In this document: in pieces, positions 1-11,885 of the stretch
Numbering within the stretch: position 1 is the first letter of the stretch
How the letters are laid out: the number at the start of each line of letters is the position of its first letter
Source of the DNA: Utricularia gibba
Taxonomy: Eukaryota; Plantae; Magnoliophyta
Reading direction: 5' to 3'
Length of the DNA stretch: 64,000 bases
NCBI GenBank assembly: GCA_002189035.1
Contig: NEEC01000002.1
Location: 4,526,001 to 4,590,000 of the forward strand
Made by a program: the position numbers and the translations under genes
Notes under the pieces: generated by a model
Databases searched by the model: none
What the model was told of the DNA's origin: nothing
The model's input: the letters and a program-made list of their open reading frames with translations, nothing else

Positions 1-450
1 CAAATGATGTTGGATCTCCTGTCAATAATCCAGCCAAAATATCAGCCACAGCATCTTGGACATCATCATTCAACTTGGAGAAACTTATTGTAGGAGCCTT
101 GTTTCTTTTGCTTCTTCTAATGTCATTAACATGACTATCTTCATTATCTATTGAATCTCTGATGTTTTTGCGTTTCCTCCTTTGCCAATCACGATCAGAT
201 GGGTAATAATCTTCATCATCAGTATCAGGTTCCTCTCCATTAGATTCATCTGTTGATGAGTCTTCTACATTCGTGCCTTGCTCTTCTTCTGAGATTTCGA
301 AATTCCCATCTGAAGGTTGAACATTGGCCTGATGAGATCGTCCATATAGGGGTTCAGAGTTTGATTCTGAATTCTTATTGGACGAGCCATCTTGATTTGT
401 GACCTTCTCCTCCTCTTGAGCTGGAAAATTCTCATCTGAATGCTGATCAT

Positions 451-1305
451 TTACTTGATTTGAATCTTCATGAACGATTCTGAAGTTTCTTGGTTTGTTG
501 AATTGCTGGAAGAGAAGTTTTGAGGCATGTGTGTCCAGAGGTCTCCTTTCACATGGGTGCTATGTCTTTCAAGACTTTTATGAGCTTCTGCATCATTCAG
601 AGCAATGCAATCATCAATTAAAGTATACCTTGCACCTTCATCAAAAGTGACATCATGGCTGAGGATAAATTTCTTCTGTTGAGGTAGATAAACTTTATAT
701 CCCTTGGTAGTGTTGCTATAACCAACAAATACACCAGATACAGATTTCTTTTCAAGTTTTCCTCGTTTTTGGTCTGGTATATGAGTAAAACACAGACTAA
801 CAAAGATTTTGAGATGATCAACCTTTTTAATATAACCATGCCATTTTTCATGGGCGGTTTTTCCACTAATCGCCCTTGAGGGAAGCAAGTTCAACAGATA
901 TACAGATGTAGATACCGCTTCAGCCCAGAAACTTACAGGAAGACCTTTCTCAAACAATAGGCATCTTGACATATCAAGGATTGTTCTGTTTCTCCTTTCA
1001 CATATACCATTCTGTTGTGGAGAATATGGTACGGTGAATTGATGCATGATTCCCTCATTTTCACAGAACATTCTCATGCTATTATTGTAGAATTCGCCTC
1101 CATTGTCTGATCTAATCATCTTCAAAGAGCATCCACTCTGATTCTCAACCATCACTTTGAATTTTCGAAAGATATGAGGAACTTCTGACTTGCTTTTAAG
1201 AAAGTAAACCCAACAATAACGTGAATAATCATCAATGAATGTAACAAAGTATCTACTCCCCCCTAATGAACATTCCTTAAATGGTCCACAAACATCTGTA
1301 TGCAC
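451..1305 (-). pseudogene. copia integrase (rve core)
   Basis: HTDVCGP, YFVTFIDDYSRY, IRSDNGGEF and PQQNGICERRNRT motifs. Confidence 0.95.
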
Positions 1306-1367
1306 AAGCTCTAATTTCTCCTTTGCTACTGAATCACTGGAATAAAAGGCTTTCTATACTGTTTACC

Positions 1368-2570
1368 TTAATGACACACTTCACATATGGCATTAGCAAA
1401 CTTGATGTCTTTCAATTCCAGTACTTCCTTATTCTTCTGCAATATTTTCAGATTGTTGAAGCTATAGTGCCCAAAACGTTTGTGCCAAAGGCTGCTTTGA
1501 TCTTGAAGTGAGAAAATACAACTTTTATGATCACTGACCATGATTTGGTAGAGGTTGTAGGTGGTCAACACAGCATGGAATTCAATCTTCGTTTTTGGAT
1601 CAGCAACCTTAAATGTAGTGGTTATACCACCAGCATCTTTTATCAGCTCAATGTCAAAACCTTGCCTGCTCAATTGGCCAAAGCTCAACAGGTTCTGTTT
1701 GAGGTTTGGTGAATAATAAACATCATCAACTTGAACAATTCCTTCTTTTAGCAAGAGTAAAATGCTTCCTTTGCCCACAATGCCAATATTTTCACCAGTG
1801 CACGTGCTTACCTCCTTCCCAATCCTTTCAAGCTTGAGAAATGACCTTGTATCACAACATACATGATAGGAGGCGCCAGAGTCCAAGTACCAGCCTTTAG
1901 CATCTGAGGCTACTGTCATTAGAGCACACTCATACTCAAAAGGATCTTCAAAAGATATTTCTGGCTCATTTTCAAAGTAGGTAAAGGATGCATGTGATTT
2001 CTCTTCCCTGGAAGTAGCCTTCTTGTTATGCTCAACTTTTATTGGATTTGACATTCCACATACCTTGTCAAGATGGCCTCTTTGATTGCATTTCGTGCAC
2101 AAAGCATCAGGCTTCCACCAACAAAACTCACTCCCGTGATTCTGTTTGTTACAATGCTTGCAAGCATTTGTGCTTAAAGTCCAACAATCTTCACTCTTAT
2201 GGTTGGATTTGTCACAATGCCTGCACTTCTGATTGCCCATCGTTGATGTGGGGATTGACGTTGGTGATTGTTTGATGGCTGTTGATTTGACATCCTTGAT
2301 ATTGTTAATTGCACCTGAGTTTATATTCATATTCTGCATTTTGGTGAGGAGAGCAGCTTCACCATAAGTTTTCTCAACTTCATAACCATCTCTTAGCTCC
2401 AATCTCTTTTCTGTAGATTGCAACTCAATCATGAACTCTCTAAATGTTGGCTCTGGTGTAACAGGATATTCAGGATATAATTGATGGAGCTTTCCTTCAA
2501 TAATGTCAAGGATTTTTCTTTCTGTCTCAAGTGCACATAACTTTGGCTCGAATCTTGCAGGTAGGCTCAT
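1368..2570 (-). pseudogene. copia gag C-terminus with zinc knuckles, aspartic protease and GAG-pre-integrase region
   Basis: Three CX2CX4HX4C knuckles (CRHCDKSNHKSEDC etc.), WYLDSGASYHVC protease motif, LWHKRFGH and a terminal CEVC. Confidence 0.9.
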
Positions 2571-3049
2571 GATTCCTTGCTAATCACCTTTTGATCCTCA
2601 AGTTTTTCCCCCAATCCTCGAATCTCCTTCACAAGCTTCGCAGTACGTTCATAATAGACTTGTATGGTTTCATTGTCTAACATTTTGTTCCTCTCAAAGT
2701 CCTCCAGCTTGTTTTTACATAATATTTCTCTCAGTTTGGCATCACCTTCATAATGGGATTTGAGAGTATCCCATATTTCTTTTGCTGATTGACACTCTGC
2801 AATATCATCAAATAGATGTTCAGAGATGGCTTGATACAAGGCATCCATTGCTTCATCTTTTCTCTGTTGAAGATATTCAGCTTCCTCTTGCTGTTCTGAT
2901 GTGGATTTGCTTGTTATTGTAATCGTCGGAATCTCCCTTTCAACAACATCCCAAATCTTTCTGACCCGCAGGTAGCTACGCATCTTTTTGACCCAGCTTC
3001 CATACCCTGAACCATCAAATATTGGAGGTCCTCTACCAGATGCCATCAT
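2567..3049 (-). pseudogene. copia gag N-terminal part
   Basis: MMASGRGPPIFDGSGYGSWVKKMRSYL...AKEIWDTLKSHYEG is typical copia gag. It frameshifts into the next ORF at 2567-2570. Confidence 0.85.
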
Positions 3050-3155
3050 AGCCACCGCTTGAAAAGCTTTGGGTTGATACTTTGTAATCCACCAAGTAAA
3101 AAACGCTGAACGGTAAATAAAATACTGAAACGAGCACTGGTTTGAGAACCTTACT

Positions 3156-3167
3156 GCTCCGATACCA
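3156..3167 (-). promoter_or_regulatory. Primer-binding site (tRNA-iMet type) of copia-1
   Basis: Minus strand reads TGGTATCGGAGC immediately after the LTR terminal CA. Confidence 0.9.
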
Positions 3168-3487
3168 TGTTGATGCAAGAAAAAGAGAGTCTTGGGAAGT
3201 AACAAAAAAGTAATGCTTCTGAGATCACCTTGGATGAAAAACGACTCATGAACAATAAGAATGACCAAAACCTTCATTCACGCATTCCTAGTAGGGTTTA
3301 TATATACCCAATACCTAGGTTACCCAACAGTGGGCCACAATTATTGAAAACACACAAAAAGCCCAACAACTCGAATCCAACACTTCCATGCTCGAACTCA
3401 ACACCTTTTATCTGAAATATAACATTATGACACAAGATTAGTGCTTCCAATCACCTTCAAACTTTGGATTGAGGCTGATCTCCAACA
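3168..3487 (-). repeat. 5' LTR of copia-1 (320 bp, TGTTG...CAACA)
   Basis: Minus strand starts TGTTGGAGATCAGCCTCAATC and ends CTTGCATCAACA, directly followed by the PBS. Both ends match the copia-2 3' LTR at 38888-38981. Confidence 0.9.
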
Positions 3488-3599
3488 GGCATCACCCATT
3501 CTCTTCCAAAAAACAACCGAGCTCCAGAATTTATTACTTTTCTTTACTGTATTTCGTTTTAGTTCTGCCTTAGTCCTAGTTAAAACCAATTTTACCAAC

Positions 3600-3765
3600 G
3601 TGACATTGATTCCTTGCATTGACCTTCACATAGCAAGCATCTAGCTACTTGTGTTCGACCCTAATCACTATCCTCATAATTGTTTTATGCTTGAAGGTGT
3701 ATTAGGTTATAAATTCATTTGATTGCAAGATTTACATTTACGACATGTGAATTTTTCGTTTATCA
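3600..3765 (+). repeat. 3' end of an Athila-like LTR
   Basis: GTTCGACCC...AGGTTATAAATTCATTTG...TTTTTCGTTTATCA terminus; reverse complement of the solo-LTR end at 20246. Left boundary approximate. Confidence 0.6.
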
Positions 3766-3961
3766 GGAGGCGGTGTCATGTTGGATGGAAACAAGGGAGA
3801 CGTTGTAGGAAGAGGTTTAGTGCGGTATGAGAAACGGAAGGTCCTCCATGTTTTTGCACAAGATGCATGGTTTTCGTGTCGTAGTTTTCATGAAAAGAAT
3901 GATTGGTCGGTTTCTAACGAGGAGTGTTAGGTTTCTGCAAGTAGAGGGTGAGTGAATTGGA

Positions 3962-4600
3962 TGATAAACGAAAATTTCTTTAAATCGTTGTAAGAATGGA
4001 AATCTTCGTATCAAATAAATTTATAAACCCTACTATTCATAACATACAAGTTCAGAGAACATATATAGTGGTTTTTGGGGTTGATCAAAGAGCAAGTGCT
4101 TAACAAGTGTTTTCTTAGATGCAAAATCTCATTGTAGATGTTACTCTTAGTCTAAGCTCAAACGAACACTAGTAGGCAAGTCCAATAAACAATATCAAAT
4201 CTCAATGCTGAAATTAGCAAATACTGTTTTTAATACAAAGTAACACTGAGATGTCTTTAGGGTATGCATGTGACATGGTGCTAAGGTTCCTAACTTAATC
4301 TTCAAAGTTTCTATACTCACAATTCCAAACAACCTAACTCTAACCAGGTCATTCATCATGTTCTCAGCTAATATAGTCCCCAATATCATCATCAGCATCA
4401 CAATTAGGTCTACTCGCATGCAAAGTATATCCAATTCTATTGGTTATACCCTTGACTAATACTTACTGTCTCTACTTTGATTTGTTACTCTATCTTTAAA
4501 TCAAGCTTTTGAGTTGTGAAGTTACTTATTCCCCCCCTTAGGTCTATCCCAAGGGATGATATAAACAAATGCTAAGAAACAATGATTAGTTATATTATAA
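3962..4600 (-). repeat. Athila-like LTR fragment (same family as the solo LTR at 20246-21345)
   Basis: Begins TGATAAACGAAAATTTC on the + strand and is colinear with 20246 onward. Right boundary approximate. Confidence 0.65.
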
Positions 4601-4619
4601 ACCCTAGTCTCACATCACC

Positions 4620-5435
4620 ATTCTACACCTTAAGACATCTCTAATGTTTAGCTGCAATATGTTTTAGCTGTGCAAAAGGCACTTTTCGCCGAAAGCAGCT
4701 GCCTTCTGAGCAAACAAAGTCGAGCGGGAGCAAGGAGAACTGTGTTTCTCCGGCGAATAGCTCTGGTCAGCCTCATATCTACGTCTCCAGACCGTGTTTT
4801 TGCCCAAAACTTCAATTTTTAGCAAATTTTAACAGAAGCAGCTTGATTCTTTTATTCGCGTTTTTTTGCACTTTCGTTGTTGTTGAACATACTACTGTTA
4901 CTTCCTACGTTTTCATACTTTCTATTACAGTCTAGTGCGTTGTTGTGAACGAGAAATCCCGTATAAAGCTTATTTCAGCCTATGAATATGTTCTTGGTTC
5001 AGCCCTTCATGTTTGGTTTTGAGTTTAACATGCTATTTATTATTTCTGCGAACCTTTGCTCCTTTATTAAGCGTTTTAAATTATTTTCAAGCTGAGTTTA
5101 AGCCTATGGGCTCTCTTGAGTGACACAAGAGCTAGATCCTGGTGTGAAACCTAAACAAAACACCTTCACTTTATATTTTCTACACATCCATGTTATTTTC
5201 TATGCTCTTTCACCATTGCAACTCATTTATTTCAGCTACTGCTATTTTACGTCTTATGCGCATTAGAGTTAAACCCCTAGAAAAACACCCTTGTTTCCAT
5301 TACATGTAGAGGACTTCAGGAAATTACAACCATTCCCTGCGGATTCGACCCTTACTTGCCACACTACATTAATTTCTGTGATTTGTGTAGTAAAATAGCT
5401 AGGTTTATAAATTTCATTTGATGCGTTGCGCGACA
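4620..5435 (+). repeat. Athila-like LTR 3' portion
   Basis: GGATTCGACCCTTAC...AGGTTTATAAATTTCATTTG...CGACA resembles the LTR ends at 3640-3765 and 49800-49951. Boundaries approximate. Confidence 0.5.
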
Positions 5436-5440
5436 TTTAG

Positions 5441-5788
5441 TGATGATCCGCAGGAAGATAATGAAGTGTATTTAAAGAATGATGAGGAGTTTGCCCAAGT
5501 GAATACATTAGAGACAAAGATTATTCCACCAGAATCAATTACTAGGAGTAAGAGCAAGATGCTTGAAGATACACTTAAGGTCCTACTCAATACTATTGGA
5601 ATCAAACATGGGCTTGAAAACATCCTATCAAAAGAGTTCACTTTCTCTGCCACTACAATGTTCATATTATCTCTTTCGGATTTGTGTTGCGACCTGTGCT
5701 GCATCGCTCGAAGGAAACTATTAGAAGGTTGGGACTAAAAAAACAAAAAAACTATTAGAAAGTTGGCCCTATCATGTGGTATCAAAGC
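5441..5788 (+). mobile_element. CRM-type LTR (5441-5774) plus PBS TGGTATCAAAGC (5777-5788); remnant of a CRM element
   Basis: First ~200 bp are homologous to the CRM-B LTR ([20 protein letters not shown]...PESITRSKSKM). Ends GGCCCTATCA and is followed by a Met-type PBS and an A-rich UTR. Confidence 0.75.
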
Positions 5789-7014
5789 TAATCTTTCTGT
5801 TCTTCATTTCCTATCTAGCTATCTTGTTATTTCTATCGAAAACAAAAAAAAAAAAAAACTTGAAATGCTTGTGGAATGCAGATCTTATCTTTGTTGTTGC
5901 TGAAAGCAAAATGAAAGGGGTTCCTTATTTTGAGTTTTAGCATTTTGATCTTCTTTTTTTTTGCTGAAAAAAAAAAGGAAAAAAACATGCTGAAGGCAGA
6001 AAGAAGAAGCATGGGTCTTTTCTCTTATCATGAGCAATCTTATTTTGTATTTTTAAGGGCCATCATATTATCCATTTCAACAAGCAATCCTTTTATTTTA
6101 GTGTCATTGCTAGTTGCATCAAACCACTATTTCTATTGTGAGAAGTAACCTCTATTTTATCATTCCAAGGAGTAAGGAATTGTCTATCTTCCCTTATACT
6201 CTCTTGCAAAGAGGTACAAGAATTGCCCGATGGTGTTCCACCTTGGATGAATGGGAAGATAATAGGCACAACCGTGGTCACTCATAGAGGAAATGGAGAG
6301 TAACTAACAAAATGTAGAGGTGGGAGTCTCCCAACCCAAAAGGAAAGCTTTTTAGCTGTAACCAACCATGCGAAGCAAGCAACCAAAAGCAAGTTGAAGT
6401 TAGAGAGAAGGTAGAGAAAAATCGTAGAAAGATAAAACAAAGTCTAAAACTAAAACTAGAATGAGAAAAGTCTTCTTTTCGTCTAAACTTCATGGCCCAT
6501 TAATTTGCTATTGTCTTTGAGTGCCTGCAAGGAACCTGCTTCTCTAACACTATAGCAATCATGCTTTTTTTCTATCAACCGCAACTGTGACACACCTGTC
6601 AAGGCTCATCAATAGGCACATTCTTTCAAAAATCAAGGAGAATTTCATTTCGGAGAAGATGTCATTTGTCACCTTTTGTAGCTACCTTTCTCCATATTCT
6701 GCCACATGCACATCCATAGCCAAACGTAAACACATCAAAACTGACAAAAAGATTAGATCAAACAGAATAATTATGATAATTACCCTGATAAAAATAAAAC
6801 CTAGAACTTATATTATGGATTCCTAGTATGAGTTTAATCACATCTAGAAAAAGACGCAAAAGATGATCGTAAAATCACCCTTAACACTAGCCTTTGCAAC
6901 ACAACATTAGTGTGAGTTTTTATAGTCTCCATGACTCTCACCAGAATGCCAGCCTTCATGTGATTAGGGACCTCAATACAGCATCTTCTTGAAAACCGGT
7001 TGGGTTTTTCGTAA

Positions 7015-7400
7015 ATGCATTACACTCAAATAGCTAGAACCTCTTTTATAGCATATTATGATGCTAATTGGGTTGCTTGTCATTACTCAAAGATGATTGA
7101 CGGATATTGCACCTTTTTTGGATGTCAATTTCTCTCTTGGAAATCCAAGAAAGAGCCCATTTTTTTCCGTCTACTATCGAAGCCAAACATCAAAGTATGG
7201 GAAGCAACTACCACTATTGAACCCAAATAGCTTGCTTCAATACTACATGACTTTCTTTGATCTTTCCATAAATCTATTCCACTATTGTGTGATAGTAAAA
7301 TTGCTATTTATTTCACTTGGAATCTGATCTTTAGTGAAAGAAGCAAGCATCTCAATATTAAATATTTTTTTGTTAAAAGAATGCTATACCTCAAAATTCC
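7015..7400 (+). pseudogene. Degenerate copia RNase H fragment
   Basis: YYDANW...FLSWKSKKEP...CDSKIAI...SERSKHLNIKYFFV across frames. Confidence 0.75.
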
Positions 7401-7403
7401 TAT

Positions 7404-9100
7404 TGTCAAGGCCCAATTTCATACCATCATAAATCCAAACCTTTATGCATGTTCTAAAGAAGGAATATAAAGCCCTATTGTCCTACTACTAGCGAAAGGT
7501 CTTAGTAGGAACCCGAAGTCCCAAACATGAAATCAGAATCATATTAGGCCTATTTTAACAAATAACAAACTTTGTCTTTCCTTCTGAAAAATCATGCGAG
7601 ATCAAAGTAATCGCAAGAAATTTATTCAACTAACCATGCAAAGCATAGTCTAGACATCATGTTTAATCCTCCTTAAACAACTCCCTAATTAGCCACAAGG
7701 TTTTAAGGACACACAAACATAGGCTATATATATATACAAACACTAATTCAGAAACAAGCACTAGTCCAAAGGACCCATTTACAACCACGAATGAATAGCA
7801 CCAAAATGGTCGGCAATAAGACTCCTTCCACTATAACTTAGATCACAACACCTGGTTGGCCCTTTCCTTTTCATTTTCTGGAAGAATAACGATTAAGGTA
7901 TTGAATCAAGTAGAACACGTTAAAAAAGCATATAACCATTTAAAATGCAAGCTAATTTGGAAGTATAAAGAATAAGCAATAATATTTAGTATATCATGAG
8001 TCATTTAACTATATGACCATTTATGTGCACTCTGTTAACCTAGTAATTTCAATCTGAAAAACTTGGAGGCTAGGGTTAAGAGTTTTTTTTGGTTTTGATC
8101 TCATGAAATCAATAAAAAGGTGCCAACCCCTTTACCAACTCTATCTGGCTGCAGTCCATCTATCCTTTTCCTTTCAATTCCTCAACTTACAACTCTATGA
8201 GGAATTGCCTTAAGTATGCTTGTCATCCAGGAGTATGCATCCATAGCTCTTCAAAGAGTACTTTATCTCAAGCAATCTAACTACACGTCAAACTTGTAAA
8301 CACAGTATAGCATTCGTGTACACCAGATCATATTTCATTAGACTTTTTCTAATAAAAATATCACCAAATATAATTCTTTTGAAACGTAAGGAGCAGCGCT
8401 TTTTCCAGTAAAAAGAATTTTAGAATTTGAACTCAAAAAATAATTTATGGGGGTTGAATAGTTTTGAGAGGTTTTAAAAGAAAATTTATAGCTTTCTGCT
8501 CTTAACTCCAAACCAAAGCATTCTTTTTTAAACATGACCAAAACTCAAAGAGGTACAAAAATCATGTTTGTAATAGTTCAATAAGCATAGAAATCAGCAT
8601 AGAAAAATTAAGAAACATAGAGGCAATCATATAAGCCCAGATTTGCACATGAAATACAGAGCAGAAATTCAAAATCTATGATCATACTTACCCTCATCCA
8701 AATCGGCCCCTTCCAATGCCAAACCCTTCAAATATGTCTTTTCTATACGTGTAAAAAGTTTCGTGATTTTAGCACAACTTATAGCTGTCAACAAATTAAA
8801 TTTCACAAGTGCACCAATGTTCCTATAGCTCATTGTTAGGAGATTCCCCTGCGTTTCCTCACTTTTTTCCTGCTCTAGAATGCTTTTCTTTTACATGTAT
8901 TCTATTCCTAACCTCAGCAAAAGCTTATATATAAATCATAGCAATGAAATACGTATCTTCATCTTGTTAAAGCACACGGCATTATCCAATTTGTCATTTA
9001 CCTATGCTTGTTCTTGCTCTTACAGTTGCTACCTTTTCATTTCTTCTTTGCTTTTCATTTTTTTTTTATTCTTCCAATCCAACTACTGAAAATGAGGTAT
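7404..9100 (-). repeat. Probable Tekay/Del-type gypsy LTR fragment
   Basis: Starts TGTCAAGGCCC on + (GGGCCTTGACA-type LTR end on minus), non-coding, LTR-like composition. Family and right edge uncertain. Confidence 0.4.
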
Positions 9101-10892
9101 CTGGACTTGTAACATGTTATGTACCTTCAAAGTTATAGCTTGTCAATATTCTAATTAAGATGTTACCTATAGGTCAGTTTTATACTATCCTTGATCATCT
9201 TCATCTCATCAACCCTAGCTTATCTGTTCTCGATGCTTTATCGTGATGAAAATGTCATGTTTGGTATAAACATGATAAATATTTAATTACACATTAGTTT
9301 CCATAGATTAGAAGGCTAAATGTTCGTATAAATACAATAGTCTTTGTTAGTAATTAGTTAATGTAGTTTCCCAAATCATGTTGCTTTGTGATAGGCTGGG
9401 TTCGAAAGCCTACTCCACTTTTGGAATCCTACTTCTCGGCGTGCTGGCAAACGCTGCAATCTTAAATTTGCAATCCAAGTAGCTGAGATGAGAAGGATGG
9501 CTTTCAACTGGTGACCGGCTTCATCAAAACAATGCCTCCTAGATTGATTAGCTGGCGCAGGGAGGCAGGCGAGATAAATCTGGCTATCAAATCAAAACAC
9601 TCATTCGCATGACCGCCGAAAACCTTTTCTTGTTTTTTTTTTTGACCACTTGTCATATATTTCTTTATTGGGAAACCAGGACATGCTAATGGAAGTACAG
9701 GATGATACTCATGTGAGTCCATAGTTGAGCAAGGCCACATGGGCTCACTGATACTAAACAAAACAAAAGGCCTCACCCTTAGCTACCCGAACTGCATTTT
9801 CCAATCACATTCCTTCAACGTGTGCGCGCTGCTGCTTTGAGCGATTTATAGTTAGTTCTCATTAGGACCATCGTACGATTGGTTTAATTATCCCTTGCAT
9901 ATCCAGCATGGTTTTAACAAGAAGGATTCAGTCAAAATGTTGGTTTTATGTATCATTTCTTGTTAATTACTACTGTTTTGTCCATTCAATCACTCAAAAA
10001 CCAATCCCTGTGATTTGGTTGAACCAAATCAATTTTTATGGATGATGGACAATTTTTTAATGAGGAAACAAAATTGAATCAAAGCATTTACTTAGGATAC
10101 ACAAACGAGGCGCTTGCTGTGTGTTCTATGCCTTGTTATTGCTAACTTAATGCAACCTCTCTCTTCGTTTCACGGGCTGATGCTAATTATAGTCGTACTT
10201 GCGTAGCAGTAGTAATCTTTGTGCTTTTGCCTGGAAAAGATTCCTTCCAAATGGTCGTCCATTTGGAAGTGCTCCTCCAACTACAAATTTAGCCGAAAAA
10301 AAATGCTGTCAAAACTCCCTTTTATCTGAAAGCAAAGTTTTCTGTCATTCACTTGCATCGATAGGCAAATCTTTTGTGGTAACAAGTCTAAATCAAAAGT
10401 CATTCTTCTATTGTAACTTTCTTCCCTGCTTCCTGCAAACCTTAGATTCTATGCATGCAAAATTCTTGAATTTTTTAGAAAGGGAAAGAAGGCGTGAGAC
10501 ACATCGTCAGAAAGGGGGCAAGGGACCAGATTGTGACTGGTGATGGCTAGTTGGATCCTTGCCCCAACCAACACCACTTCAAAGATACAGCTTCAACTCT
10601 TACAGTTATCGGTATTATTATTGTGTTGTATTTTATCGTACGGCAGTGTCTTATATCTCACAGTCTCCTCCTCCCTCTATTTATTGCTTGCATCCAAAGT
10701 TGTGGGGTAATTGGATCTTAACAAAAATGGGTGGTTTTGAAGAAGGGAGTATTTCTTCTCCTCCTCTCTTTCTAGCTTCTAGTGGTCCTCTGTTTTCCAA
10801 CCCTCCTCCAACATAAAGTGGAATTGGTTGTGAAGTGGGAACTTGAATATACCAGGGCTTTCTTCTTGTTCTTCCTGGTTTCAGTGGCAAGC

Positions 10893-11001
10893 ATGGACTG
10901 GAACAATGAGAGTTACAACAGAGTGCCGGGCTTAAGTTTCATTTCTCGGCCTGAGAACTCGCTGGGATTCCTCTACAACTGTACTTATGATCAGTTTCCT
11001 G
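10893..11001 (+). CDS. LMI1: HD-Zip I gene (LMI1/ATHB-51/ATHB-22-like), exon 1
   Basis: ATG at 10893, MDWNNESYNRVPGLSFISRPENSLGFLYNCTYDQFP, phase-1 donor G|GTAAG at 11001/11002. Confidence 0.8.
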
Positions 11002-11302
11002 GTAAGTAAATGCAGTACTTCTCCTGTTTTGTTCTTGCAGGTTTCATGGAATCTGCCTGCATGTTAAGACAGACATAAAAACAAAAATGCTCTGTTCTCT
11101 TAAGTTATACGAGAATAGAGCAGTGTATATCTTCTTCTTCTTCCTCTGTGAGTTCAGTCGGTCTGATTTTTTTCTGCATGCAATGAAACGGTGAAAGCAA
11201 CGAGTGATAAACCATTTTCCAAAGTAGTCACCTTTATCCGTTGCTGCTCTTGAATCACACCAGTACAGTATCACTTTTCCGTTTCGCCCCTTTCATGTTT
11301 AG

Positions 11303-11885
11303 AAGAAGTCAAGCAACAGCACCAGGCATCGATCTCAGCAGCAGGGCAGATGCTTCCATCGACATTTATGGGTAAAAGCAACGTTGGGTGTATCAACCTC
11401 TATGGGCAGGATCCCAAAAAGAAGCGGCTTAGCAATGAGCAATTGGAGTCCTTAGAAAACAGCTTCCAAGAAGAAATCAAACTCGATCCAGATCGCAAAA
11501 TGAAGCTCTCCAAGGATCTGGGCCTTCATCCCCGACAAATCGCTGTGTGGTTCCAGAACCGGCGTGCCCGGTGGAAGTCGAAGCAGCTGGAAAGCCTATA
11601 CGATGCACTGAAGCAGGAATTCGACGCCGTTTCAAGGGAAAAGCAGAGGCTGCAGCAGGAGGTGATGGCGCTGAGGGCGATACTGAAAGATCACATTGCC
11701 GGGAAGCAGATATCGGCGGGTACACCGACATGTCCGGCGAAGAGACGGTGGAGAGCACCTTAATTCCGAGCTCCGGCGTACCCAATCAAGTCTCAGAATG
11801 CAACGACAACAACTTGATCAACGTGGAGGACTACTCGAACACGATGATGATCACAACTCCGTACAACTGGGCTGCACTTCCTTAG
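11303..11885 (+). CDS. LMI1: HD-Zip I gene (LMI1-like), exon 2: homeodomain, leucine zipper and C-terminal tail, with a 1-bp frameshift at 11718-11720
   Basis: Acceptor TTTAG| at 11302 is in phase. [59 protein letters not shown] is LMI1-type. The conserved [14 protein letters not shown]...YNWAALP tail lies in another frame. Confidence 0.85.

Larger units (their letters stand above)
1..3487 (-). mobile_element. Ty1/copia LTR retrotransposon (copia-1), 5' half; continues off the left edge
   Basis: Minus-strand order is LTR (3487-3168), tRNA-Met-type PBS, gag, protease, integrase, then the integrase-RT linker at 1-450. Integrase before RT is the copia arrangement. Frameshifts and a stop between ORFs indicate decay. 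Confidence 0.95.

Noticed and set aside
2567-2570. ATGA overlap in copia-1 as translational coupling
   Set aside because: It falls mid-gag (KVISK..MSLP), where copia is a single ORF; it is a simple frameshift.
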